DNA from: Bdellovibrionales bacterium
Lineage (GTDB): Bacteria; Bdellovibrionota; Bdellovibrionia; Bdellovibrionales; UBA1609
DNA length: 32,000 bases
Assembly (NCBI GenBank): GCA_963692945.1
Contig: OY843585.1
Coordinates: 1,440,001 to 1,472,000 of the forward strand
Direction: 5' to 3'
Positions 8,311 to 15,924 of the stretch are shown piece after piece (position 1 is the first letter of the stretch; every line of letters starts with the position of its first letter). The position numbers were made by a program, and so were the translations under genes. The notes under the pieces are model-generated. The model did not search any database. It was not told where the DNA came from and saw only the letters and a program-made list of their open reading frames with translations.

Positions 8311-8571
8311 TTATGCAGATAGTTTTTCAGTCATATTAGACCAAAAAGTTTTTTTCTTTCCAGAAAAAGGCTTAAAATAGCATCCAATCATATCGTCTCC
8401 ACAACCACATATATCACTTACAAAACCAACATAACCATGAGATTTACAAGGTTTATTTAAAACTAGAACTTCACCACAGGTTTTACAGGTTCTGTGTATA
8501 ATTTTTAAATTGTGTTTTTTAGCCCACTCTACTGGATCAATCTTTAAAAAATGCATACCTTTCATTGCCAT
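8311..8571 (-). CDS. Small Cys-rich (zinc-ribbon-like) protein, 86 aa
   Basis: CKTCGEV...CKSH...CGCGDDMIGC cysteine pattern. Divergent from the HTH gene. I recognise no family. Confidence 0.45.
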   Translation of the reverse strand: MAMKGMHFLKIDPVEWAKKHNLKIIHRTCKTCGEVLVLNKPCKSHGYVGFVSDICGCGDDMIGCYFKPFSGKKKTFWSNMTEKLSA

Positions 8572-8669
8572 TTTATTTTTCTTCTTTACAACTAATAAAA
8601 TAAAGTTTAAAAACCCTACATAACATACATAAAATATAACAAATTTATATTATATATGTGAAGACTAAT

Positions 8670-9026
8670 ATGGACTATAGATCAGTTGAAATTACAATTA
8701 AAGGCATAAAATATGGCTTAATTAAAAAATTATCCATTAAAAATGAAGATTTCCAAGAAATAATTAAAACCCTACAAAACACACATAGAAAAGATAATAA
8801 AAAATTTTCAGAGGCTTTAAATAACATAATGAATTCTTTAAATATCAAAACAGTTGATCTTGCTAATCAGATGCATTCAAATCCAAAATCTTTACGTCCT
8901 CAAATAAGTCGTTGGAAAAACGGACATAACTTTCCTTCAAATTATAATCAAAAACAATTAATCGAAATTTTTAAAAATTTATGTTATAGTAGTGGTAAGG
9001 AGAAAGAAACTTTACAACAGGATTAA
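8670..9026 (+). CDS. Helix-turn-helix (XRE-like) DNA-binding protein
   Basis: IKTVDLANQMHSNPKSLRPQISRWKNGHNFPS fits the XRE HTH pattern (...is.we.G...Ps). I chose the ATG at 8670 over the track's GTG at 8658. Confidence 0.5.
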   Translation: MDYRSVEITIKGIKYGLIKKLSIKNEDFQEIIKTLQNTHRKDNKKFSEALNNIMNSLNIKTVDLANQMHSNPKSLRPQISRWKNGHNFPSNYNQKQLIEIFKNLCYSSGKEKETLQQD

Positions 9027-9030
9027 GCAT

Positions 9031-9672
9031 ATGGACTTATTGAATACACAACTAGAAACAGCACAAAATTCTCAAACACTTGTCAAAAAAATCCAACTCT
9101 CTAATAAAAAAAGAGAACATTTTATTAAAAGAAATTACAAGAAAACAGATTGGAAAGACAGAATTCAGTATAGCACTGTATGCTACCAAGATTCAAATGA
9201 TAAAAATATAGTTCATGGATTGATTAACATTAGTGCAACGGGGGAAACGATTTTTCTTGAAAAAGCTAGAGATATAAATTTTAAAATTGTTTTGAAAGGT
9301 AATGAAACCTCGATTTATTATGAAGCATCAAAAATCTTGCTTAATCAAGTAACTGTGGAATTTATTTTTAAAACTATTGAAAACGCTATCTTAGAATTAG
9401 CTAAAAAAGCTATTAGTGAATCTAAAAAAACAGAAAATAATCACAAAACTACTGGTACCAGTAAAGAAGAGTCTGAAGAAGAGTCTAAAAAAAATACTCA
9501 ATATAGTACATCAAAATGGAAAGGTTATTATTTCTATAAACAACCTATGGATGATAGTGGAAGAAAAAGATTTAAAGAAGCAATTGCAGATGGTATTTTA
9601 TCCCAACAAATGTTTTCTGTGTGTAAAAAAAATAATTTTAATTTAAGAAAGTTTCCAAAAGATTTACAATAG
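9031..9672 (+). CDS. Hypothetical protein (213 aa) with a Lys/Glu-rich linker; probably co-transcribed with the HTH gene
   Basis: The ATG at 9031 lies 4 nt after the HTH gene's stop. I recognise no family. Confidence 0.45.
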   Translation: MDLLNTQLETAQNSQTLVKKIQLSNKKREHFIKRNYKKTDWKDRIQYSTVCYQDSNDKNIVHGLINISATGETIFLEKARDINFKIVLKGNETSIYYEASKILLNQVTVEFIFKTIENAILELAKKAISESKKTENNHKTTGTSKEESEEESKKNTQYSTSKWKGYYFYKQPMDDSGRKRFKEAIADGILSQQMFSVCKKNNFNLRKFPKDLQ

Positions 9673-9731
9673 AAAAAAATTTTCTGTTCATAAAAACTTC
9701 TGATTGGAAGCAAATTATTTTTAAGATATAT

Positions 9732-9915
9732 TCAATTTACAAAAGTTTGTTTAATATAAAACTTATGTTTATCCCCTGCAAATCTAAAAATCACTAAAAA
9801 ATAATCAATTTTTGTTTCTAACTCCGGCCAATCTATAGCTTCTATTTCACTTAATCCTTCCAGAAAACATTCCAGGGTGAACAACACTTCCAGGTTTAAA
9901 AGGGTTATATTTCAT
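9732..9915 (-). pseudogene. N-terminal stub of an AAA/STAND-type NTPase gene (frameshifted and truncated)
   Basis: The reverse-strand ATG at 9913-9915 gives MKYNPFKPGSVVHPGMFSGRIK*. NPFxPGxxVxxPxxFxGR is the typical N-terminus of AAA_16/Arch_ATPase-type proteins. An alternate frame continues EGLSEIEAIDWPELE... and stops at 9732. Confidence 0.3.
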
Positions 9916-10312
9916 AAAAATATCCTACTATAAATGGGTAATAATCGGTAATAATGATTGAGAAAACCTCATAAGAAACCTTTTAAATAAGGTTTTTTTA
10001 AAATTTTAGGCTAAAAAATAAAGTAAAGTATTTTATCTCATCTAATAAACTATAATTTATTGATAAAAGAAGATTGTAAGATTTATGGAATGCCTGCACC
10101 TAAAATATGGGGATGTTTTTATAGAAACCCTGTGTTTCAAAATGAGATAAATAGTAGATAGTGTTCAAAATCTCAACAATATGCTCTAAAAACCCTAATT
10201 GAGGGTTCTTGCTACATATCAATTAAATCCTATAAAAGTAAAGGTACAAGACTTTATTCATAAAAGTTAATTATTTTATCAATAACTCTTAATTTTATAT
10301 TACAATTATTGA

Positions 10313-11020
10313 ATGAGCATAAGAGTGGAAAAAAGGATTTTTCTAAATAGTATGGGGGGGGGCTTAATAGGTGCCTTAGTAGCATCTAGTATTATAGGGA
10401 TATCAGCTCTATCTTTTCAAAGACATCTCGTAGCTTCTACTCAAAATTTATATAGGTTAAGGCTAAAGAGCTCCGAGCAATTAATTACAGCAAATTTAAA
10501 AATAGCAGCTTTAAGTGTGTCAGCTTTAAAGCAAACTAAGAGTCATGAACTTCTCGTTAGACGATGCACTACCCCTTCAGGAACTTGTCAAGATAGTAGA
10601 AAAGTTAAAGTGGGTTGGTATGATGGATTAGACAAAAAAATATCTGATTCAGAGTCAGATTCAGGTCGAGGAATTCTTTATAACGATCAAGGTGAAATCT
10701 GCACAGATAGTCCTGTTTCTTTTGGTAAGAAATGCCCTTTTAAAGTCGCTTCTGAGATGTATTTTTATTGTTCTAGTGGTGCGAGTTGTTCTGAGGCAGA
10801 AAGTGCTAAAATTAAATTTTTTATTCTTAAGCATTCTTCCGTTTCAAAATATCTTAAAGACAGGGATTTTGAAGTTACAATTCCTAGAGTTACTCCAGAA
10901 GTAATAACAACTGAGAAAACAGTAGTTAAGCAAGGTACAACTAGAACCATAACCAGAACAGTTAATACATTTAGACCCCGTGCAGACGGAGACGGAGACG
11001 GAGACGGAGGTGGAAGATGA
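10313..11020 (+). CDS. Minor-pilin-like protein with a degenerate prepilin N-terminus, Cys-rich core and C-terminal (GD)n-GGG tail
   Basis: N-terminal hydrophobic helix GGGLIGALVASSIIGISALSF, with no Glu at +5. Paralogous to the next gene: shared CP(F/I)(K/R)V(A/V)S.M...C...SC core, TRTI motif and Gly/Asp tail. The stop overlaps the next start (ATGA, 11017-11020). Confidence 0.6.
   Translation: MSIRVEKRIFLNSMGGGLIGALVASSIIGISALSFQRHLVASTQNLYRLRLKSSEQLITANLKIAALSVSALKQTKSHELLVRRCTTPSGTCQDSRKVKVGWYDGLDKKISDSESDSGRGILYNDQGEICTDSPVSFGKKCPFKVASEMYFYCSSGASCSEAESAKIKFFILKHSSVSKYLKDRDFEVTIPRVTPEVITTEKTVVKQGTTRTITRTVNTFRPRADGDGDGDGGGR
10354..10362 (+). repeat. G9 homopolymer tract in the 5' coding region (codons 14-17, ATG GGG GGG GGC)
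   Basis: Read directly: tatggggggg ggctta at 10351-10366. It is the only G or C run longer than 5 that I found in the window. Confidence 0.95.
10985..11008 (+). repeat. Hexanucleotide simple sequence repeat, (GACGGA)x4, encoding DGDGDGDG
   Basis: gacgga at 10985, 10991, 10997 and 11003, at the 3' end of CDS 10313..11020. Confidence 0.95.
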
Positions 11021-11802
11021 TGATCGTTTTTAATAAAAAAGGTATAGGCTTGATCGAATTTGTTATTAGCTCATCTGTAGGTCTTATTGGGTTACTCATA
11101 GTATCTCAAGTTTTTATCAGTTCAGTAAAACACACTAAGAAAACAAAGATTATTCTTACTATGCAAAATATCAATTCAATTATTACAACTTCTTTATTTG
11201 ACTTAGATTTTTTTAAACCAGCAAGTGATAATAAAAACTATATCAAAAACAATGTAGTGTATAGATGTTTTGGAAAACCAACTGTTTGTAATTTTAATCA
11301 AGGTTCTTCGAAAAAAATATATCCACTTAAAATATTTGATATAAATGGAAACCAGTGGTCAGGGGTAGATTCAGAACCTAAGTATTTTGATGAATATGGC
11401 TCTTCTTGCCTAGAGCTATCTTCTAACTGCCCGATTCGAGTTGTATCAACAATGAAAGTAGGCTGTCCTGAATCTTCTATAAGCTGTTCTGGCATGAAAA
11501 TAAATGAGGTTTTCATAACTTACTCTATATCAGCACCACCTCAGTATTCTAAATTAAACATCAAAAATTCCGTAATATCTAAGACTATCACTGTACCTGT
11601 GTCTTTAAAAAGTACGGCAACTTCTGAACGAATCTATAAGGAAGTCATTACAGAAAATATTATTAACACATTGGTCACCAGAACTATTAATTACGGAAGA
11701 AACCCAAGTAGTAGCGGCGGCGACGGAGATGGTGGTGGAAATAGTGGTGGAAATAGTGGTGGATGTGATGGTGAAGCCCCTGATGGATGCTCACCAAGAT
11801 GA
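11017..11802 (+). CDS. Minor pilin / pseudopilin-like protein with a prepilin cleavage-methylation motif and a Gly-rich acidic tail
   Basis: NKKG|IGLIEFVISSSVGLIGLLIV has Gly at -1 and Glu at +5. The C-terminal tail is SSSGGDGDGGGNSGGNSGGCDGEAPDGC. ATGA overlap with the next gene at 11799-11802. Confidence 0.7.
   Translation: MMIVFNKKGIGLIEFVISSSVGLIGLLIVSQVFISSVKHTKKTKIILTMQNINSIITTSLFDLDFFKPASDNKNYIKNNVVYRCFGKPTVCNFNQGSSKKIYPLKIFDINGNQWSGVDSEPKYFDEYGSSCLELSSNCPIRVVSTMKVGCPESSISCSGMKINEVFITYSISAPPQYSKLNIKNSVISKTITVPVSLKSTATSERIYKEVITENIINTLVTRTINYGRNPSSSGGDGDGGGNSGGNSGGCDGEAPDGCSPR
11734..11763 (+). repeat. 12-nt simple sequence repeat, (GGTGGAAATAGT)x2.5, encoding GGNSGGNSGG
   Basis: ggtggaaatagt at 11734 and 11746, then ggtgga at 11758. 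Confidence 0.9.
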
Positions 11803-12803
11803 AAAAAGAATTGTTTTTTAATAAAAATAGAAACATAAAATTCATTTTACTATCTGTTTTTTTTATTTTTTTATTTGGATGTATAAAAAAATTTAATAAA
11901 GAAAAATCTAAACCTATAGTTAAGAATTTAGACACCCCTAAAAAATCTGATGAACAAAAAATAATATCTCCAGGAGATATTTATTATGTAGAAACTTCTG
12001 GTTTTTTTCAAAGAGGTATTACTTTTCAAAAAACAGATAGTCATAGTGTATCTTTATTCTCTAAAGGACCCTTGAGTTCAGTCTTTGTAAGTGACAGTCA
12101 AACAAGTTTATCTGTTCGTATTAAAAAAACATTAACTGCGTCAATTCAAAAGGAAGGCATAGGTGGAGTCATTGGTTCTTTAAAAGATAATAATAGACAA
12201 GGAGCTACTATTTACTTAGTAACTATGAGCAATGGAAAAAAACCTGCTTTAATCCTAGTTCCAACAAATTCGAAATTAACTCTGCCAACAGGATACTCTT
12301 TATTAAGTGAACCTCTATGGTATATTTCTATCGGTGGAAATACTAGCAAAAGATATATATCTGATTTTAGAGACTTCGGGGATGGAGTAAATCATTATTA
12401 TATGAATAGTATATATAGCGAAAGACATAAAGTGCCATTAAGTGCATTTAATGAACCAACAGAAATTAATAGGATATTTAGTAAAGCTCCTTATTATGCT
12501 CGTTATGTAATTTTAGATATTACAGTTGTTTTAAAGAATCAAAGAGGTAAAGTGGGGTATTTTGACATCATTGTAGATCCAGGAAGAAGACCTACATTAG
12601 TTGAAAGATTTATGCTTGCTAAATCTTTAGATCAGAGAATTTATAAAAGATCCATTAAAGTTCCTATTATGAAAAAAGAAGAAGGATATGGTAAAGGCAT
12701 TGCTACTATTAAAGCACATGCAAGAAATTTAACATCATCAAAGGGTTCAGATGCTTATGTTTATATTTATGTAAAAGGTTGGAAAAAAGTTAACCACTTT
12801 TAG
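11799..12803 (+). CDS. Lipoprotein of unknown function
   Basis: MKKELFFNKNRNIKFILLSVFFIFLFGC carries a lipobox (LFGC). I chose the start at 11799 because of the ATGA overlap with the upstream stop. I recognise no family. Confidence 0.6.
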   Translation: MKKELFFNKNRNIKFILLSVFFIFLFGCIKKFNKEKSKPIVKNLDTPKKSDEQKIISPGDIYYVETSGFFQRGITFQKTDSHSVSLFSKGPLSSVFVSDSQTSLSVRIKKTLTASIQKEGIGGVIGSLKDNNRQGATIYLVTMSNGKKPALILVPTNSKLTLPTGYSLLSEPLWYISIGGNTSKRYISDFRDFGDGVNHYYMNSIYSERHKVPLSAFNEPTEINRIFSKAPYYARYVILDITVVLKNQRGKVGYFDIIVDPGRRPTLVERFMLAKSLDQRIYKRSIKVPIMKKEEGYGKGIATIKAHARNLTSSKGSDAYVYIYVKGWKKVNHF

Positions 12804-12811
12804 TTATACTT

Positions 12812-13405
12812 ATGAAAAGATCTACTGTTTATTTTTCTCTTATCTATTTCGCTGTTTCCATAATTTATATTTATTTTTCCTATTTTCATAAGATTTTTTT
12901 TTCAGAAGATGTTGTTTCTTACCAGAGTATTGAAAAATTTAATATTATAAATAAATCTTTTAAAGATGCTAGCTTTGAAAATATTAATTTAAAAAGATGT
13001 CAAATATCTCAAAGTCAATTTTTACGGATAAATATGAAATCAAAAGAGATGTATAGTTGTTTTATATTTAACAGTTTATTTAAAAAAACTGATCTCCGAT
13101 TTCTTGATTTTAGAGAATCTATGGTTGCCGGATCCGTCTTTTTAAACACTAATATGGAAGGTATTACAACAAGAGGCTCAACGATTACTCATTCTACATT
13201 CCAAGATGTCATTCTTAAAAAAGCTAACTTAAAAGGAACAGCCATTACGTATACTTTATTTAAAAATGTAGACCTAAGAGGTGCTGACTTAAGCTCTTCT
13301 ATTTTAACAGGATCTGAATTTAAAAATGTACTTATAAATAAAGAGACTAATCTTCCTTTTTCTTATGAGACAGCTAAAAAATACGGATTTATTTTTAAGG
13401 ACTAA
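12812..13405 (+). CDS. Membrane-anchored pentapeptide-repeat protein
   Basis: N-terminal TM segment VYFSLIYFAVSIIYIYFSYF, then A(D/N)LxX-type repeats such as ANLKGTAITYTLFKNVDLRGADLSSSILTGSEFKNV. Confidence 0.75.
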   Translation: MKRSTVYFSLIYFAVSIIYIYFSYFHKIFFSEDVVSYQSIEKFNIINKSFKDASFENINLKRCQISQSQFLRINMKSKEMYSCFIFNSLFKKTDLRFLDFRESMVAGSVFLNTNMEGITTRGSTITHSTFQDVILKKANLKGTAITYTLFKNVDLRGADLSSSILTGSEFKNVLINKETNLPFSYETAKKYGFIFKD

Positions 13406-13409
13406 AGAT

Positions 13410-14624
13410 GTGATTAAAGCGAAAAAATATTTTGTGAATCAAATTAAAGAAATACAATCTTCAAAATCTTTAATTTATTTTGGAAGTTTTTTATCTTTAA
13501 CTCATCTTGTGACTTTCCAATTCTGGAATCACTTATCTTTCTATTACTTTAATACATCTAATCATCCGAGTAATATTTGTTGGAATTTTTTTTCTTCTTG
13601 TGATGTTTTAAGTTTCTCATCTGTTTTATTTTCAAAAATAGCTATCTTTATCTACCTTATTATATCTCTACTATCTATCTATTTTTTCATAATTAAACAA
13701 GTAAAATATGGATATCTTACTCTTTGTTTTTTGGTCTTTTTTAAATATATAGTTTTACTTATGAGTTTTTATCATATGGGAAATTATCACTATATGCCTT
13801 TCATTGTCTCTTTTCTATATCTATTTTTCCCTTTAAAAAGAATCTCTATTCCTGTCATGATATCTTTGTTTTATATTTTTGCTGGTTTTTTAAAATTAAA
13901 TAATTTAGAGTGGCTTACAGGAGGGAGTCTTTGGAAAATAGAAGGATGGAATCCTTACTTTATTACATTTTTAACAACTTCTGTTGTTTTTCTGGAAATT
14001 TTTATATCACCTATTCTTCTCTTAAAACATAAAATAAAATACATTGCTTTTTTCTTTTTCTGTTTATTTCATTTAGCTTCTTTTTACTGGGTGGGTTATT
14101 TTTATCCTATTAATTGCTTTGCTCTTCTTTCTATCTTTCCTCTTATTTGGTTTTTGGATAAATCTCATCTAAACTTAATCGAGAAAACCATCAGAAATAG
14201 TATCCCTAAGTCCTTGTCTATTATTTTTATTGTCTTTATAGTTGCTCAAGTTGTTCCTCGTTTTTATAAAGGAGATGAGGCTGTTACTGGTCAAGGTCGA
14301 ACTTGGTTTTTAAATATGTATGATGCGAGAGTATCTTGCCATTCCTATATGAAGGTAAGGTATAAAAATCGTACAGAGGAATTTTCAAGAGATTCAACAT
14401 GGTTATCTATAAGAATTCAATGTGATCCATATGTTTATTATTCAGATGCACAAAAAATTTGTAAGTGGGCGGAGAAAAATCCTGATTTTATAGATATAGA
14501 TTTTCATCTATCAACCAAAAGAAGGTCTGATATGGAGTGGACTTATCTAGTGAAATTAAAAAATTTCTGTTCACAAGATATAAAATATAATTTTTTAAAA
14601 GGAAATGCATGGATCAATTTCTAA
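13410..14624 (+). CDS. Polytopic membrane protein, HTTM / vitamin K-dependent gamma-carboxylase-like domain (tentative)
   Basis: About 8-10 hydrophobic segments. LFYIFAGFLKLNNLEWLTGGSLW resembles the HTTM signature (human GGCX ...YFYAGIAKLDADWVEGYSM..., recalled from memory). I prefer the GTG start at 13410, which lies 8 nt after AAGGA and 5 nt after the upstream stop. The track ATG at 13365 would overlap the previous gene by 41 nt. Confidence 0.5.
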   Translation: MIKAKKYFVNQIKEIQSSKSLIYFGSFLSLTHLVTFQFWNHLSFYYFNTSNHPSNICWNFFSSCDVLSFSSVLFSKIAIFIYLIISLLSIYFFIIKQVKYGYLTLCFLVFFKYIVLLMSFYHMGNYHYMPFIVSFLYLFFPLKRISIPVMISLFYIFAGFLKLNNLEWLTGGSLWKIEGWNPYFITFLTTSVVFLEIFISPILLLKHKIKYIAFFFFCLFHLASFYWVGYFYPINCFALLSIFPLIWFLDKSHLNLIEKTIRNSIPKSLSIIFIVFIVAQVVPRFYKGDEAVTGQGRTWFLNMYDARVSCHSYMKVRYKNRTEEFSRDSTWLSIRIQCDPYVYYSDAQKICKWAEKNPDFIDIDFHLSTKRRSDMEWTYLVKLKNFCSQDIKYNFLKGNAWINF

Positions 14625-15922
14625 AGAAAATAAATATTGTAAAATATATCTATCTGATTTACTTCTTGCTTTTTGTTTTTTTTATAATAAATATTTCCTA
14701 TACTATTCCTACTATTTTATTCTTTTCAAAAACAATAAATGATAATTACATCCCTCCCAAGTTGATTTATGGATCTGATTCTTTTACAGAAGAATCTATA
14801 CCTAGTATAAAGATAGTAAATTCGACCTATAGGGGTGACTATAAAAGAAATGGAATTTATCAAAATATTATTCCAGTAACGGGTTTAAAAATTTTATGGA
14901 AAAGTTTTACTATAAATAATATTATTCATGGAGCTTCTAAGGCTTCACCAGCTATTGATGATTCAGGGATTTATATAGGCGGTGATGATGGTTGGTTTTA
15001 TGCTTTTAATCATGATGGTTCATTGAAATGGAAATATTACACTTTTTATAATCACAGAGGCATTCATTCAACAGCGATGCTTGGGGACGACTATGTTTGG
15101 TTCGGTTCTTATAATGGAAGATTTTATTGTTTAGATAAAAATAATGGTAAAATTATTTGGAGTTTAAAATTGGCTGATGCAATTGGTTCTTCCCCTCTTT
15201 TTTATAAAGGATTTATTTACTTATCTGTTGAGACTAATTTCTTAGATGGTTATGTTGTTAAGATAAATGCACAAACTGGAAAGGTTACTTGGAGATCTCC
15301 TTGGCTTGGAGAACAGATACATTCTTCTGTTACTTTAAATCCTAAAAATAAACTTCTTTATGTAGGGGTAAATAATGGCATTTTATACGCTATTAATATG
15401 GATAATGGCTATCCTTTTTGGTCTTATAGTGCTGAAAAACCTATTAAAGGAACTGCACTTGTTGATATTGAGCAAGATAGAATTTATTTTTCAGGCTGGA
15501 ATAAGAGATTAACAAGCTTACATAGTGGAACAGGGCAAGTGGCATGGGAGACGTATATTGGATTTCCTTCTCAATCAAGCCCTACAGATATTCCTACTAA
15601 GGATGTTTTGGTTCTTTCTTCTCATAGATCAGAAGGACTTATGTATGGAATCCAAAAAAGCACAGGAAAAATTCTTTGGAAAAAGAAAATAACAAATAAA
15701 AATATAGGCATACATAGCGGGTTTAGTGCTCAAAATAAAAAAGGAAATTGGCTTTATTATGGAACATGTTCTAAAAATTTATTTTGTGTTTTAGACCCAT
15801 TAACAGGTAAAATTATTGGAGAAGTTAAAATTACTGGAGATCTTACAGGATCTCCTGTTCCGTATAAATCATTTATTTATCTAAGTTTAAATGATGGTGG
15901 GCTTTTAAAATTAGGGAGATAG
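14609..15922 (+). CDS. Membrane-anchored PQQ-like (BamB-type) beta-propeller repeat protein
   Basis: Repeated G(K/Q)(I/V)xW ... blades: DGSLKWKY, NGKIIWSL, TGKVTWRS, GYPFWSY, TGQVAWET, TGKILWKK. N-terminal TM segment IYLIYFLLFVFFIINISY. An AAGGA RBS lies 5 nt upstream. It overlaps the previous gene by 16 nt. Confidence 0.75.
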   Translation: MDQFLKKINIVKYIYLIYFLLFVFFIINISYTIPTILFFSKTINDNYIPPKLIYGSDSFTEESIPSIKIVNSTYRGDYKRNGIYQNIIPVTGLKILWKSFTINNIIHGASKASPAIDDSGIYIGGDDGWFYAFNHDGSLKWKYYTFYNHRGIHSTAMLGDDYVWFGSYNGRFYCLDKNNGKIIWSLKLADAIGSSPLFYKGFIYLSVETNFLDGYVVKINAQTGKVTWRSPWLGEQIHSSVTLNPKNKLLYVGVNNGILYAINMDNGYPFWSYSAEKPIKGTALVDIEQDRIYFSGWNKRLTSLHSGTGQVAWETYIGFPSQSSPTDIPTKDVLVLSSHRSEGLMYGIQKSTGKILWKKKITNKNIGIHSGFSAQNKKGNWLYYGTCSKNLFCVLDPLTGKIIGEVKITGDLTGSPVPYKSFIYLSLNDGGLLKLGR

Positions 15923-15924
15923 TT

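Noticed and set aside
9416-9646. Nested and antisense track ORFs: 2612..2806, 4774..5007, 4793..5050, 6140..6331, 7151..7336, 9416..9646, 10692..10904, 10765..10950, 11298..11516, 11687..11935, 20054..20239, 23697..23960, 25871..26053, 26918..27130, 26928..27140, 31178..31438
   Set aside because: All lie inside longer ORFs, most of them with recognisable domains, in alternative frames or on the opposite strand, and most have odd, low-complexity compositions. In an AT-rich genome such ORFs arise readily in GC-poor stop-free frames.
13365-13409. ATG start at 13365 for the HTTM-like protein
   Set aside because: It would overlap the pentapeptide-repeat gene by 41 nt. The GTG at 13410 has an AAGGA RBS and lies just after the upstream stop. 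This remains uncertain.
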